NCBI GenBank assembly: GCA_963809485.1
Contig: CAWEJX010000006.1
Span: 370,836 to 434,835, forward strand
Direction: 5' to 3'
Length of the DNA: 64,000 nucleotides
From: an uncultured Acidobacteriota bacterium
Lineage (GTDB): Bacteria > Acidobacteriota > UBA6911
The notes under the pieces were generated by a model, which worked only from the letters and a program-made list of their open reading frames with translations, did not search any database and was not told where the DNA came from. Position 1 is the stretch's first letter; every line of letters begins with the position of its first letter. This document shows positions 18,606 through 28,249 of the stretch, piece after piece. The position numbers and the translations under genes were made by a program.

Positions 18606-19859
18606 TCAGTCAGAATCGAGGAACAGGGGCCGGATGTGCCTGTCATACAGGTTTTCGGTGACATTTTCCTCTATGGCGTCGCGGTATTCGAGAAGCATCT
18701 CCGTGAAGCGGGTTCGCATCTCCGCGGCCACCGTAAAGCCGACGTGCAGGAGCTGGCGCAAATGCGGATTGTAACTTCTGCACGATTCATCGTGGCGCAG
18801 CGCGCGGACAAACTCCTCGGAACTCCACGAAGCCGCCTCGGCGGGCGATGGAAGCCTCTGCCTGTCGATACGGATAACAGCGAGGTATGGTTTGCACAAT
18901 TCTTCGCATCGCCGGTAGGATTCTTTATAGATCTTTTTGGCAAACGCCAGTCCGGTGTTGCCCGAAGCGGCAATACCGGCCAATTCTTCCAGCCAGGTGG
19001 TCCCCGCCGTCTTGAGGTGAATCCCTGAATCCATGCTCTTGATGGCGCGGTGCATGATGGGGTATAGAGAAAATTTGTCGCTGCCGGTGTGGATGCTCAG
19101 TTTCAGGTTGCGGGGTAGATTGAAATTATTAACAGCAAACCTGATGACGGCAAGGTAGTCGCGGAAGTCCCGTGTGAACTGCTGCCGGTCGCCCACATAA
19201 TCGCAGCCTTTCAGAAAAGCTCCTGCAAATTTGGGCGCAACGGCCTGGGCTGGAATACCTTCGCGTGCAAGGGATGCAAGAATGAGCAGCAGCTCGACAG
19301 ACGTTTGCGGATTCTGAGCTTCGTCTACAGACACCTCGGTAACAAATTGGGTTCCTTTTCTTTCTTCGATGTGCCGGTAAATGTTGCCAGCCTCCGCGAT
19401 CGCGCAAAGGTATTTCCGGGCGAAATCCGTAAGGGTCAGGTCCGTGATCTGAACTGGCGCCTGCAGGTCCGGAATTTCAAAAGATCCCTTGAGCCCGGCC
19501 ATCGCGGCGAGGAAAGACGCCGTGGGCTCTTCGCCAGGCGGTTTCCCGATGTAATCCGCGACATCGATGGTGAAATAGTCGTGGGTGGGAAGAAAAGCAT
19601 CGACCGTAGCCAGTCCGATATGGTCGGCGTCGACATAATAGGGATCTGTCCAGCGGCAGGCCAGAACTCCTTCGTCGGCCGCCTTTCGGGCGGCTTCCGG
19701 CACGGTTCCGGCGATATTGTGCTCACGGTTGGATTTGTTCCAAACGGGCGCAATCCGGACGCCATCCGTGGCGGCCGCCTTCTGCAGCGCGCGCAATTGA
19801 GCCACGCATTCGAAGCCGAATCTGTCGCCGATGCCCAAAGAATATTTTTCCAATTCCAT
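18606..19859 (-). CDS. uxaE: Tagaturonate/fructuronate epimerase UxaE
   Basis: GIGDRFG, VDADHI, FTIDVADYIG, EVSVDE, KLSIHTGSDKFSLYP, HLKTAGTTWLEE, RQLLHVGF. Confidence 0.93.
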   Translation of the reverse strand: MELEKYSLGIGDRFGFECVAQLRALQKAAATDGVRIAPVWNKSNREHNIAGTVPEAARKAADEGVLACRWTDPYYVDADHIGLATVDAFLPTHDYFTIDVADYIGKPPGEEPTASFLAAMAGLKGSFEIPDLQAPVQITDLTLTDFARKYLCAIAEAGNIYRHIEERKGTQFVTEVSVDEAQNPQTSVELLLILASLAREGIPAQAVAPKFAGAFLKGCDYVGDRQQFTRDFRDYLAVIRFAVNNFNLPRNLKLSIHTGSDKFSLYPIMHRAIKSMDSGIHLKTAGTTWLEELAGIAASGNTGLAFAKKIYKESYRRCEELCKPYLAVIRIDRQRLPSPAEAASWSSEEFVRALRHDESCRSYNPHLRQLLHVGFTVAAEMRTRFTEMLLEYRDAIEENVTENLYDRHIRPLFLDSD

Positions 19860-20078
19860 GCTTTTGAATCCTTCCTTCACCGGTCCCCCGAGCCCGGCGA
19901 AGGCTGACGAGAAGCAGGTCAGCGACGGTCTCCGGTCGTCCCTGAGAAGTCATTCTCGCATGTATATATGCAGAAAGCCGTGCGAAAAAACAAGAAACTG
20001 GAAGGCCGAATGGCGATGCATTGGCAATCCCCCGTCTATTCCGGAGAATATGTGGAGTTCCGCTGCTGAGATAAGAAT

Positions 20079-20121
20079 TGACGCCGACATACGCTGAAGA
20101 AAACGCTGATTAACGCTGACA
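20079..20121 (+). repeat. ACGCTGA-unit intergenic repeat, copy B
   Basis: ACGCCGA/ACGCTGA at 20081, 20091, 20103 and 20113. Confidence 0.7.
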
Positions 20122-20323
20122 AGGGATTTGAGGATAAGCGTATGAAAGCAGACGGAGCTCCTGCAAACACTTCGAGCAGTTTGCAGTCAGGCATCCGCTT
20201 TTGCCAGAAGCTGAAGGTTGGCCTTGTGTTTCGCTATCGGCAAGGGCGTTGATGAAGCCGATGTGCCTGCAATGGACCAAGAGGAGTATACTTTGTTTTA
20301 AGGAAAGCCGAGGAGGTGCAACC

Positions 20324-20956
20324 ATGGAGGAGTACGAGAAAACCTATTACCATAGTCTGTACCAGCTGGCCGCAACGCTGAACTCAGCCCGTTCGCCGGA
20401 GAGCATTCTCCGCTCCATTGTAGAAAATGTCGCAAAAGCCATGGCCGCAAAAGGCTGTTCATTGCTTTTGCTTACGCCCAACAAAGAAGCGCTCCTTCGG
20501 ACTGCCGCCTATGGATTGAGTGATTGGTACGTCCGAATGGGCCCTGTATCGGCCGACAAGAGCATGTCGGAATCGCTTATGGGCAAATCCGTGGCGGTTT
20601 TCGATGCCACGACCGACGAAAGGGTTCAGTTCCGACCCCAGGTGAAGCAGGAGGGAATCGCCTCAATATTGAGTGTCCCCGTCAAGCTGAGGGAAGAAGT
20701 AGTCGGAGTGATGAGGGTGTATACATCCGAACCGCGCCGCTTCACGGATGCCGACATTAATTTTGCCGGCGCGGCCGCCAACTTCGGCGCCATCGCGCTG
20801 GAGAGCGCCAGGTTTTACCAGTTTCTTCAGAAGGACTACGACGATTTCAGGGAAGGGCTGCTGCAATGGCGCGCTGATCTGGGATACGAGTGGATGGCGG
20901 AGGAGTCCGTCATCCCTGCCGAAGAGGAAGGCCCCACCATGCCTCCCGGCGGGTAG
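20324..20956 (+). CDS. Stand-alone GAF domain protein
   Basis: KGCSLLLL...AYGLS...EGIASILSVPV..EVVGVMRVYTSEPRRFT...AIALE; RBS GAGGAGGT. Confidence 0.85.
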   Translation: MEEYEKTYYHSLYQLAATLNSARSPESILRSIVENVAKAMAAKGCSLLLLTPNKEALLRTAAYGLSDWYVRMGPVSADKSMSESLMGKSVAVFDATTDERVQFRPQVKQEGIASILSVPVKLREEVVGVMRVYTSEPRRFTDADINFAGAAANFGAIALESARFYQFLQKDYDDFREGLLQWRADLGYEWMAEESVIPAEEEGPTMPPGG

Positions 20957-21259
20957 TCGGGGCACGCGTCTTTCGGTCTCTCCCAAAAGCGAGTGAGGAT
21001 GGCTCTCCGAAGCTATCCTCACGTGGTACCTCCAGTATACCCGTGCCTACCTGCATTGTTTGTTCTTCCCGCGTATGTCGGAGGCCAGGATCCGTGGCAT
21101 TCACGGAACCGCTCCAAGCGGTTCACGATCAGGTTTTCGCCTTTGTCGGCCTTTCTTGCTCCACCCATAATTTTTTCGCTCACTTCCGGGCCTGTTCATT
21201 AATAAGGAGAGGGCGGGGGATCATTGCCGCCCGAAACAACCGCGGGAAAGGGGAATACC

Positions 21260-21805
21260 ATGGGAAAACGTGCGAGAGAGCGTCGGGAGAGACGTGCCAA
21301 GATGGATGCGAATAGGGCATTCGCCGGCTGTCGTAATGCAGGGCGGACTGCTTCCATCAGTGATTTTGATAACGAGCTGAACAAACTGGCGGGGGATGCA
21401 GCGTTCCAGGCATCATCGGATTATCCGGCCGAGATGAGGGAATCCGATCTGGAGGATATTCGTCAATTCGAGTCGGTCGGATCCGGCATCAGTCTTTTTG
21501 AGGGCCTGCAGCAGCGCGGCATGGTACTCCCGCATCCCGAAGGGCTGGATGAAGCGCAGAGCAAGCGCAAAGCCCTGGAAGTGCTGGGTGCGCTGGCGGA
21601 TCTGCGCATTTTCCTGATCGGATTCGAAAAGATGTCGGCCCGGCAGCTGTATGCGACGCTCTGGAACGAGACGCTCTGGGAAGCGTGCTATGTCAGGAAG
21701 CGCAATCCGTGGGCGATTACGATGATCGACCTTTCGCGCCGGAAACCGAGGTCGGGGATGCTCGGGGTCCTGGAAAAACTCAAAAAACCACTATCGGTTC
21801 ACTGA
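21260..21805 (+). CDS. Hypothetical protein
   Basis: 181 aa ORF with purine-rich RBS; no recognised family. Confidence 0.6.
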   Translation: MGKRARERRERRAKMDANRAFAGCRNAGRTASISDFDNELNKLAGDAAFQASSDYPAEMRESDLEDIRQFESVGSGISLFEGLQQRGMVLPHPEGLDEAQSKRKALEVLGALADLRIFLIGFEKMSARQLYATLWNETLWEACYVRKRNPWAITMIDLSRRKPRSGMLGVLEKLKKPLSVH

Positions 21806-21829
21806 AGCAGGCTCGGAATTTTCCTGGCC

Positions 21830-22312
21830 CTACAAGAGCTTTTTCTCAACCAACGAGATGGCTCTAAATCCGCATCTCTCGTAAAAACGGATGGCAGATT
21901 TGTTTTCGGCTCTTACATTGAGTGTAATGAAGGGCATTTGCCTTTCTCTTGCCCATTCTTCGAAGGAGTTCAGCAATAAAGCCCCAATTCCTTTATTCCT
22001 CTCGCTTTCGACAACGCCCAGACTGTCCACATAAGCCTGGCGGGGCGTCGTGAAGATTGGAGGCAGCTTCCGGAGTTCACCTAAAAGGAAGCCTATGATT
22101 TCTCCATCGCGCTCTGCGATGAGGGCTTTGCGAAGCCTGGATCGAACATGTCTTTCAAAATATTTCCTCCACATATCACGGGCGCCGGGAACCATGTCAA
22201 AATCGTGAGCGGATAAATTGCTGTGATAGGCCATAAACTCGTCCCAGGCAGGAAGGGTTTTTTGGCTGTCCTTTGTCCGCGCGTCTCTGATCACTACCAA
22301 TCCATGATCCAT
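21830..22312 (-). CDS. GNAT family acetyltransferase
   Basis: YVDSLGVVESERNKGIGALLL, LNVRAENKSAIRFYERCGF. Confidence 0.88.
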   Translation of the reverse strand: MDHGLVVIRDARTKDSQKTLPAWDEFMAYHSNLSAHDFDMVPGARDMWRKYFERHVRSRLRKALIAERDGEIIGFLLGELRKLPPIFTTPRQAYVDSLGVVESERNKGIGALLLNSFEEWARERQMPFITLNVRAENKSAIRFYERCGFRAISLVEKKLL

Positions 22313-22315
22313 TCG

Positions 22316-22561
22316 CTACTCCAGTCCGCATTTATGCAGCAGGCTATGGGCGCGTTCTTCTTCCTGGGGCATGACGTAAAAATACGCCCCTACCTTGGTG
22401 GTGCGAAAGAGCAAGCCGCTCTGGTAGGGTCCGGTTTCCACGACATAGTCGAGACTGCCTTCGTTGAAAGCCTTTTCGACGGCAAGGGCGTGTTTCAGGC
22501 GCCTTGCCATGTAGACAAGAACCAGTTCCTGGTCTTCAAAAAATTCCGGTTCGCGCCGCAT
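22316..22561 (-). CDS. Small hypothetical protein (DUF2007-like ferredoxin-fold pattern)
   Basis: 81 aa, LVLVY....A..VE..F....DY.V...FYV....EERA..LL; 3 bp upstream of the GNAT gene. Confidence 0.65.
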   Translation of the reverse strand: MRREPEFFEDQELVLVYMARRLKHALAVEKAFNEGSLDYVVETGPYQSGLLFRTTKVGAYFYVMPQEEERAHSLLHKCGLE

Positions 22562-22616
22562 GGACTCTTTGCAGGATGATGGGTTTTGAAGGGCCTATTC
22601 TGCCGGCTGCGCCGTC

Positions 22617-24341
22617 CTACTCGAATTCCTCATCGCTCGGCCATTCGGCGGGGCCGCGCTTCAGGCTGCTTTCGGCCTGGCCCCGACGAATACGTCCCCT
22701 GAGAACAAGCACGTCCCGGTAGTCGGACCAGTTGCTGACGACCATGTAAATGCCGAAAGCAAGCACCCCGAGCACCAGGATCGACACGATTGCCACGGCT
22801 CCGTAATGATACCCGGCCGTATGGGCATCCGGCTGGAAAAAGATGCGCTCGAAATTACGGCCGAAATTCATGCCGAAAAATCCGGTCAGGATGGCGCCGG
22901 CGCCGATCAGGAGGCTTAAAATGGCCAGACGGTTCACGGCATCTGTGTTGCGTGAAGCGGCATAGCTTTGCAGAGATGTGTTCAGCTTTTCGATCTCCTG
23001 GTCTACTTCGTTCTTGACCGTCTGAATCCGCAACGCGCGGCAGTGCAGGATGAAGTGCTCGAATTCCTCTTCCTTGTTGGCCAATTCGTCGAAATACCAG
23101 TAATTGGAGAAATGCAAAAATTCCGACCGCAGGTCACTGGCCAGTCGGACATTCCCCTTGCTGAGTTTTCCGTCTTCCCAGTCCCTGTAGATGCGCTTGG
23201 AGACGAGAGCGGTGCGTTCGGCGAAGTCCAGCAGCGTCGCACGATAAAACAGAGCAATCAGGGCCATCAGGTAGTAACGGGTGCTGAACATGCGGTGAAT
23301 GAGGAACCCTTCGCGCAAGGTGTGCTGGTCGCAATCGAATGCGCCGATGGTGGCGGTGATGTTGCTATAGCTGGTGTAGCCGTAATACGTCCCTGTGTGG
23401 GCCCACCTGTGATAAAGATGACGCTCCAGTTGTTTGCGGGTAAAATCGGGATCGTATCGATACGATTCCCCGTCGAGATCGACATACAAAAGCCGGCTTA
23501 AAAATATCCTGTAAGTTTCCGAATGCGCGAAATTTGCGGAGACGGAATCCGGATTCAGGCAGGCATAGGTGTAAACCAGCATCCGCTCGTCCAGGACCGG
23601 CTCGAACTCCTGCAGCGAGTAATCGCAAAAATAGAGCAGAGACGAAATCGTTCCTGCCAGGGGCGGCAGGTAGCCGATCAAAGCGGCTTTTTTAATTTCT
23701 TCCTCTGCAATGATTTGCCGGTGCCCTTCCTTTTCAACGATCAGCTGCATCTTCGACGGAGTCCGCCCTTCGCGGATCTGGCGCCCGCTGGACGGATAAA
23801 CCTTGCGAAACGCCTCGTTGATCCAGAGCGCGTCCGAAGCCGGCAGGTGGAAGGCCTCGACGCCGACCGACAGGATTCCGATGCCATTGGCGAACAGGAA
23901 TAGCCGCAGGTCCGTTATTTGTACCGAAGCGGACCGGCCTTTCACATCCTCCGCGTAGAACCAGAGCTTTCTGTCGGCGGGAATGGGCAGGGTAAAACAG
24001 CACAATAGCGCTTCCCGCTCCTCGGTTTTTTTCGCGACTTCACCCGTATCGAAGAACACCCGGCGCACATAAGGGTGGAAGAAGACCATGTCCTGAAAGG
24101 CCGGGGATTCCAAGTCGAAGCGGGCGTAGGGATCGCGGCGCCAGTAGCCCAGATGCTTCCGGAGAGGGCCCTGGGGACCTGTGTGGTGTGCGGCAATCCA
24201 TTCGTCCAGCCCGTCGATCCAATGGTTGTACTTGGCCCATAAATCCCTGTGGTTCTCGACCACGGTCACTTTATCGATCGAAAACGGGAAGAAAAAGTAT
24301 GTATGCAAATGAAGCAGTTCGATCGGATTTTGTCGCGCCAT
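22617..24341 (-). CDS. CorA-like membrane protein with large N-terminal soluble domain
   Basis: C-terminal TGFFGMNF signature between two TM helices; N-terminal HTYFFFPF motif; ~574 aa. Confidence 0.8.
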   Translation of the reverse strand: MARQNPIELLHLHTYFFFPFSIDKVTVVENHRDLWAKYNHWIDGLDEWIAAHHTGPQGPLRKHLGYWRRDPYARFDLESPAFQDMVFFHPYVRRVFFDTGEVAKKTEEREALLCCFTLPIPADRKLWFYAEDVKGRSASVQITDLRLFLFANGIGILSVGVEAFHLPASDALWINEAFRKVYPSSGRQIREGRTPSKMQLIVEKEGHRQIIAEEEIKKAALIGYLPPLAGTISSLLYFCDYSLQEFEPVLDERMLVYTYACLNPDSVSANFAHSETYRIFLSRLLYVDLDGESYRYDPDFTRKQLERHLYHRWAHTGTYYGYTSYSNITATIGAFDCDQHTLREGFLIHRMFSTRYYLMALIALFYRATLLDFAERTALVSKRIYRDWEDGKLSKGNVRLASDLRSEFLHFSNYWYFDELANKEEEFEHFILHCRALRIQTVKNEVDQEIEKLNTSLQSYAASRNTDAVNRLAILSLLIGAGAILTGFFGMNFGRNFERIFFQPDAHTAGYHYGAVAIVSILVLGVLAFGIYMVVSNWSDYRDVLVLRGRIRRGQAESSLKRGPAEWPSDEEFE

Positions 24342-24713
24342 GGTTGGGAATATTACCACCGCACGCGGCCACACCCAAACAATTACGGGCTATCCGGCGG
24401 TATATTTTGTATGGAAATCCCGGGTCCGGGCATTTAATGGGTCCCGGTTTTCAAGGACGCTGATTATGCTCCCGAACATGGGACCCTGTCGCATCTTTGC
24501 CCCGAAATTCCTTAAGGATGCAGCAGCGCGGCCATTCAGACGGTTATGGATATCATTGGCCCCGACAAGAGACTTGCAGCCCGTGGCCTGCAGCCTGTAA
24601 CCTGTGACCTGCGGCCTTCGGACAATGACTGCCGATTCTCACACTGTCCTGTTCCATGATTCCGGACAGCAAAGGCCTCACGATGCGCCGCGCACGGCAG
24701 CCTTTGATTTCTT

Positions 24714-25556
24714 ATGCTATATCTAATACTTGTTTCGATCTTGTGGGGATTCTCCTTCATACTCATTAAGGGGATACTTGTCCCCCTGGATTCCAATTTT
24801 GTCTCCTTTGCCAGGCTGCTGCTCTCCTTGCTTGTTTTTTTGCCCTTTGTGCGCATATCCGGCATCGCGGCGCCGGACAAGCTCCGGCTCATGTTTATCG
24901 GCGGCGTGCAATTCGGCCTGATGTATGTTGCTTACGTCGCGTCCTACCAGTACCTTCCTGCGCACGTCATCGCCCTGATGACAACCACGACTCCGTTGTT
25001 CGTTACGCTCTTGAACGACCTGTGCTCGAGGAGGTTTCACCTGACATTTCTGGCGGCTGCGCTGTTGGCTGTTGCCGGAGGAGCCGTCATACAGTTCCCC
25101 CACCAGTCTTCGTCGGCGAGCGCTGTCGGGGTGGTGCTTGTCCAGATATCCAACGCAGCCTTCGCTTACGGCCAGATCGCCTACAAAAGACTGATGGATT
25201 CGAGGCCTGCCCTGCGGGACAAAGACGTCTTCGGGCTCATGTACGGCGGGGCGGTTGTTGTTGCAGCCATATTCTTTTTGGCAACAATGGATTATGGCCG
25301 GATGCGGGTTCAGCCGGATCAATGGCTCGTCCTGCTGTATCTGGGCGTGGTGGCTTCGGGGCTGTGTTTTTTCCTGTGGAACCTTGGGGCCCGCAAGGTG
25401 AATGACGGGATGCTGGCAATCATGAACAACCTAAAAATTCCCATCGGGGTGGTGGCGAGCCTGGTGATACTCAAGGAAGGCACCGACTATGGCCGGCTGC
25501 TTGCCGGATGCGTTTTATTTGCCGCGGCACTGTGGGTAAACCGGTGGCACCGCTGA
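24714..25556 (+). CDS. EamA/DMT family transporter (YigM-like)
   Basis: LWGFSF, GGVQFGLMYVAY, YLGVVASGLCFFLWNLGA, AIMNNLKIP; ~10 TM segments. Confidence 0.9.
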   Translation: MLYLILVSILWGFSFILIKGILVPLDSNFVSFARLLLSLLVFLPFVRISGIAAPDKLRLMFIGGVQFGLMYVAYVASYQYLPAHVIALMTTTTPLFVTLLNDLCSRRFHLTFLAAALLAVAGGAVIQFPHQSSSASAVGVVLVQISNAAFAYGQIAYKRLMDSRPALRDKDVFGLMYGGAVVVAAIFFLATMDYGRMRVQPDQWLVLLYLGVVASGLCFFLWNLGARKVNDGMLAIMNNLKIPIGVVASLVILKEGTDYGRLLAGCVLFAAALWVNRWHR

Positions 25557-25726
25557 AAATTGGAAGGCTGTTTTACATACTTCGCCGGAGTCGAGGTCAA
25601 GGGCCCGGGAATGCAGCCTGGCTACTGGGGAATCCAGCTGCTTATGGATTTCAAGCCGGAATCCCCGTTCGCGGAAGTGTCGAACGCGGATTTCCGAAAA
25701 AATCCCGATTTGTTCGGCGAGGGTCA

Positions 25727-26007
25727 GCGAGCAAAAGCCGATGAGGCGCTTCCGATGGAGTTTTCTGCGGCGGCACTGTGGCAAACGCCCGATTTCTCAT
25801 ACCCTTCATCTCCTTGCCGCACGGCGCTTGCCACAGTGCCGCCGCAGAAAACTGTCCAGCTCGGAGCGCTGGCCCCTGCGGGGATCGGAACCGCCTCATC
25901 GGCTTTTGCCCGCGTAAGTCAGCGTTCAAGACCGGCGTAACTCGTGCAATCGCTTTGCGCGGTTCCAATCTTTCAAGGCCTCCGGCTTTGCCGGAGGTCC
26001 CTGACTG
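25727..26007. repeat. Long nested hairpin plus IS200/IS605-like end motif
   Basis: Perfect 26 bp IR 25759-25784 / 25828-25853; 30 bp IR with 2 mismatches 25727-25756 / 25884-25913; CCTCCGGCTTTGCCGGAGG at 25979-25997; 25877-26007 is repeated at 47383-47512. Confidence 0.85.
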
Positions 26008-26189
26008 GCAAAGAAGAATATGCCCAATTGATATTGCCATTTTTCCGGTTGGCAGCCTGGAAATGAACCCGAGAAGCCATCGGTATCCCGATTCACCGAT
26101 CCATGCACGTATCGCGGGACGCGGATCATCGATTCCTTCAGGCTCATGGACGTGCCATTCAGGCTGTCTATCAAGAGCGAGATAAGCAG

Positions 26190-27461
26190 TCAAACCTCCG
26201 CGTAGGCGCAGCGGAACCCGATGTCCTGGGCGATCCAGGAGCGCTCTTCCCGCATATACAGTTCCCACAGACTTGCCGTCCGGCCGTCGAACCAGGATCC
26301 GCCCTTGCACAGCATGCGTTCGCCGTAATTGCGCAGGAAGAACACCGGCTCCCGCTGCATGCCGTCGACAGGATACATGCCGAGCTGTTTCAGGAGCCTA
26401 TGCGGCGGAGCGCTTTCCGTATGCGTCATGCCGGCAAACGAAAACACGGTATACGCGCGGTGCGTTATGTCGGGATTCCTGCCTGTGTAATGCGGATTTT
26501 TGATCTCTGTCGAAAGGCAGGCGATGCTCTTGATATTGACAAAGTCCTCGTTTGAACGTCCGGGAATAGGACTGTCGAGCTTGTAGGTGCCGGGTGTGCC
26601 TGGCATCACGAGGGCGCCATCGGTCGAGATGGCGCGCCAGAGCGGGCTGTCGGGCCCCTCGTCCACATTCAACGCGCTGTCGTTGTCCGGGATAATCTGG
26701 ATCTCCCCGTTTTTAAGGCGCATCCCGGCAAGCGTATCCCAGAGATTCCCGATGAGGTCGAAAATCCCGAATGCCGTGCCGTCGTGGGACCAGGTGTCGG
26801 GTCCGGTCCCCGTCAGCGTCGGCCACATGTGCATATCAAAGCGAATACCTTTGAACGACCCCATATACCGGCGGATGGCGTGCTCGTGTTTGTTGAAAAA
26901 ATCGCTGCCCGAATTGCTGTTTCCGTGCGGAAAATGACCGTTTTTGCGGCACCAGTGCGCGATCGCCATATATTCCGCGTTCGTCATCAGATGCCAGCCC
27001 CGGCCTTTAGCGGCGCAGGCGGCCTTCATCTCGCCGCGCGTGTACATGCTGGCCGGGTTGCGGCCGGGAAGCGAATACCCGCGCCCGTGTTCCATGACAT
27101 TCAGGTACTTGCTGACATAAATCGACTCAAGCACCTGGCCGCCGCCGACGAACGCCGAACAGGGCTCCTCCGGCGCACCCTCCAGCACGTCCGACCAGAG
27201 GAACATCGGGATGCGCACCATGACCGACGGGAGCCCCAGGTCGTCAAACAGCAGCGTGTTTTTGCCGCCGCTGGCCGCCTCCAGCGCAGCTTTCTCGGCC
27301 TTCCAGTTGGCAGGATCGGCGGGAGGCGGAGCGGGCGCCGGGATATACCCCGGCTTCGGACGCTTCGCGAAAACGCGGAAGCCCATATCGTCGATATACT
27401 CGGTCTCGTAATGCTCATAGGCCTCCACCGGCAGAATGACGGGCGTATGTTCCGTGGACAT
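26190..27461 (-). CDS. C-type-lectin-fold (FGE/Mtd-like) protein resembling phage DGR target proteins
   Basis: EAASGGKNTLLFDDLGLPSVMVRIP, IYVSKY, GWHLMTNAEY, GIFDLIGNLWD and a C-terminal GGSW...RS.....IGFRCA VR-like motif; RBS GGAGGG. Confidence 0.8.
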   Translation of the reverse strand: MSTEHTPVILPVEAYEHYETEYIDDMGFRVFAKRPKPGYIPAPAPPPADPANWKAEKAALEAASGGKNTLLFDDLGLPSVMVRIPMFLWSDVLEGAPEEPCSAFVGGGQVLESIYVSKYLNVMEHGRGYSLPGRNPASMYTRGEMKAACAAKGRGWHLMTNAEYMAIAHWCRKNGHFPHGNSNSGSDFFNKHEHAIRRYMGSFKGIRFDMHMWPTLTGTGPDTWSHDGTAFGIFDLIGNLWDTLAGMRLKNGEIQIIPDNDSALNVDEGPDSPLWRAISTDGALVMPGTPGTYKLDSPIPGRSNEDFVNIKSIACLSTEIKNPHYTGRNPDITHRAYTVFSFAGMTHTESAPPHRLLKQLGMYPVDGMQREPVFFLRNYGERMLCKGGSWFDGRTASLWELYMREERSWIAQDIGFRCAYAEV

Positions 27462-27760
27462 GACGCGTACCCTCCTATGGATCATCCTTGTCTATTTGCA
27501 GTTTCTCCATGCGCCGATAGGAAAAATTATCCCATGTTTGAAAAAAATGCTCCAGTATCAGGCCTTCTTTTGTTTCGGATAAAATACATGCGCGAAAAAT
27601 AGCAAGAAAATATAATCAACTGCAACAGAACCACCAGGCATCTTGCCGCACATTTTCAAATGCGGGAATTAGGCTGAAAAAGGACAAAGTTACCTATGCT
27701 GGCCGAGAAGCCATTGATAGCTCCCACGAAGTTACGTTGTGGGAATGGTGCCATCTGCGT

Positions 27761-28249
27761 TTAAGCAGCGGTTCTTTTCCTGAGCTTAATTTCAATGCTA
27801 TATCCCGCGACTTGGGCGATTTTGGAAAGCTGCAGGAAATGCTTTGAAGCCCGATTCTCCTGCAGGAGACGCACGACTTGGGTTGGTGACGTATTGAGGG
27901 CATCGGCCAGCACGCGAAATGAGAGCTTCGAATCGGAAATCTTAGCCTTCAATGCTCGCTTGAGCTGATTGATGGGCGACCATTGGTAGGTGGGATCTGA
28001 ATAATACAGCACGAAATCGGCAGGAAAATCCCCTCGCGTTCCATCCTCCAATATGAACGTCGCGCCTTGTTCCGCGAGATCAGCCTCGATCGTAATGGAA
28101 GCAAAGCGGTTGTCGGATCCGATCTTCATGCCTGTGAAGACCGCAAAGGGGAGGTTATAGCGGTTCAGTCTTTTTCCTTCTCGGAGCACAACTTCGAGCA
28201 CTCTCTTTCTGTAGTTAGGAGTGATCTGCTTAAATTTCGGATTTCTCAT
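27761..28249 (-). CDS. Putative antitoxin with C-terminal XRE-like HTH
   Basis: SFRVLADALNTSPTQVVRLL HTH; overlaps the upstream DUF4160-like gene. Confidence 0.7.
   Translation of the reverse strand: MRNPKFKQITPNYRKRVLEVVLREGKRLNRYNLPFAVFTGMKIGSDNRFASITIEADLAEQGATFILEDGTRGDFPADFVLYYSDPTYQWSPINQLKRALKAKISDSKLSFRVLADALNTSPTQVVRLLQENRASKHFLQLSKIAQVAGYSIEIKLRKRTAA

Noticed and set aside
21105-21125. Another IS200-like end (GAACCGC-TCCAA-GCGGTTC)
   Set aside because: A single short hairpin without the companion CCGGC hairpin; may be a terminator or chance.
25560-26310. ORFs 25560-25940, 25651-26310, 25778-26185 (and 47316-48227)
   Set aside because: They are translations of the palindromic repeat; shared peptides reflect the DNA repeat.
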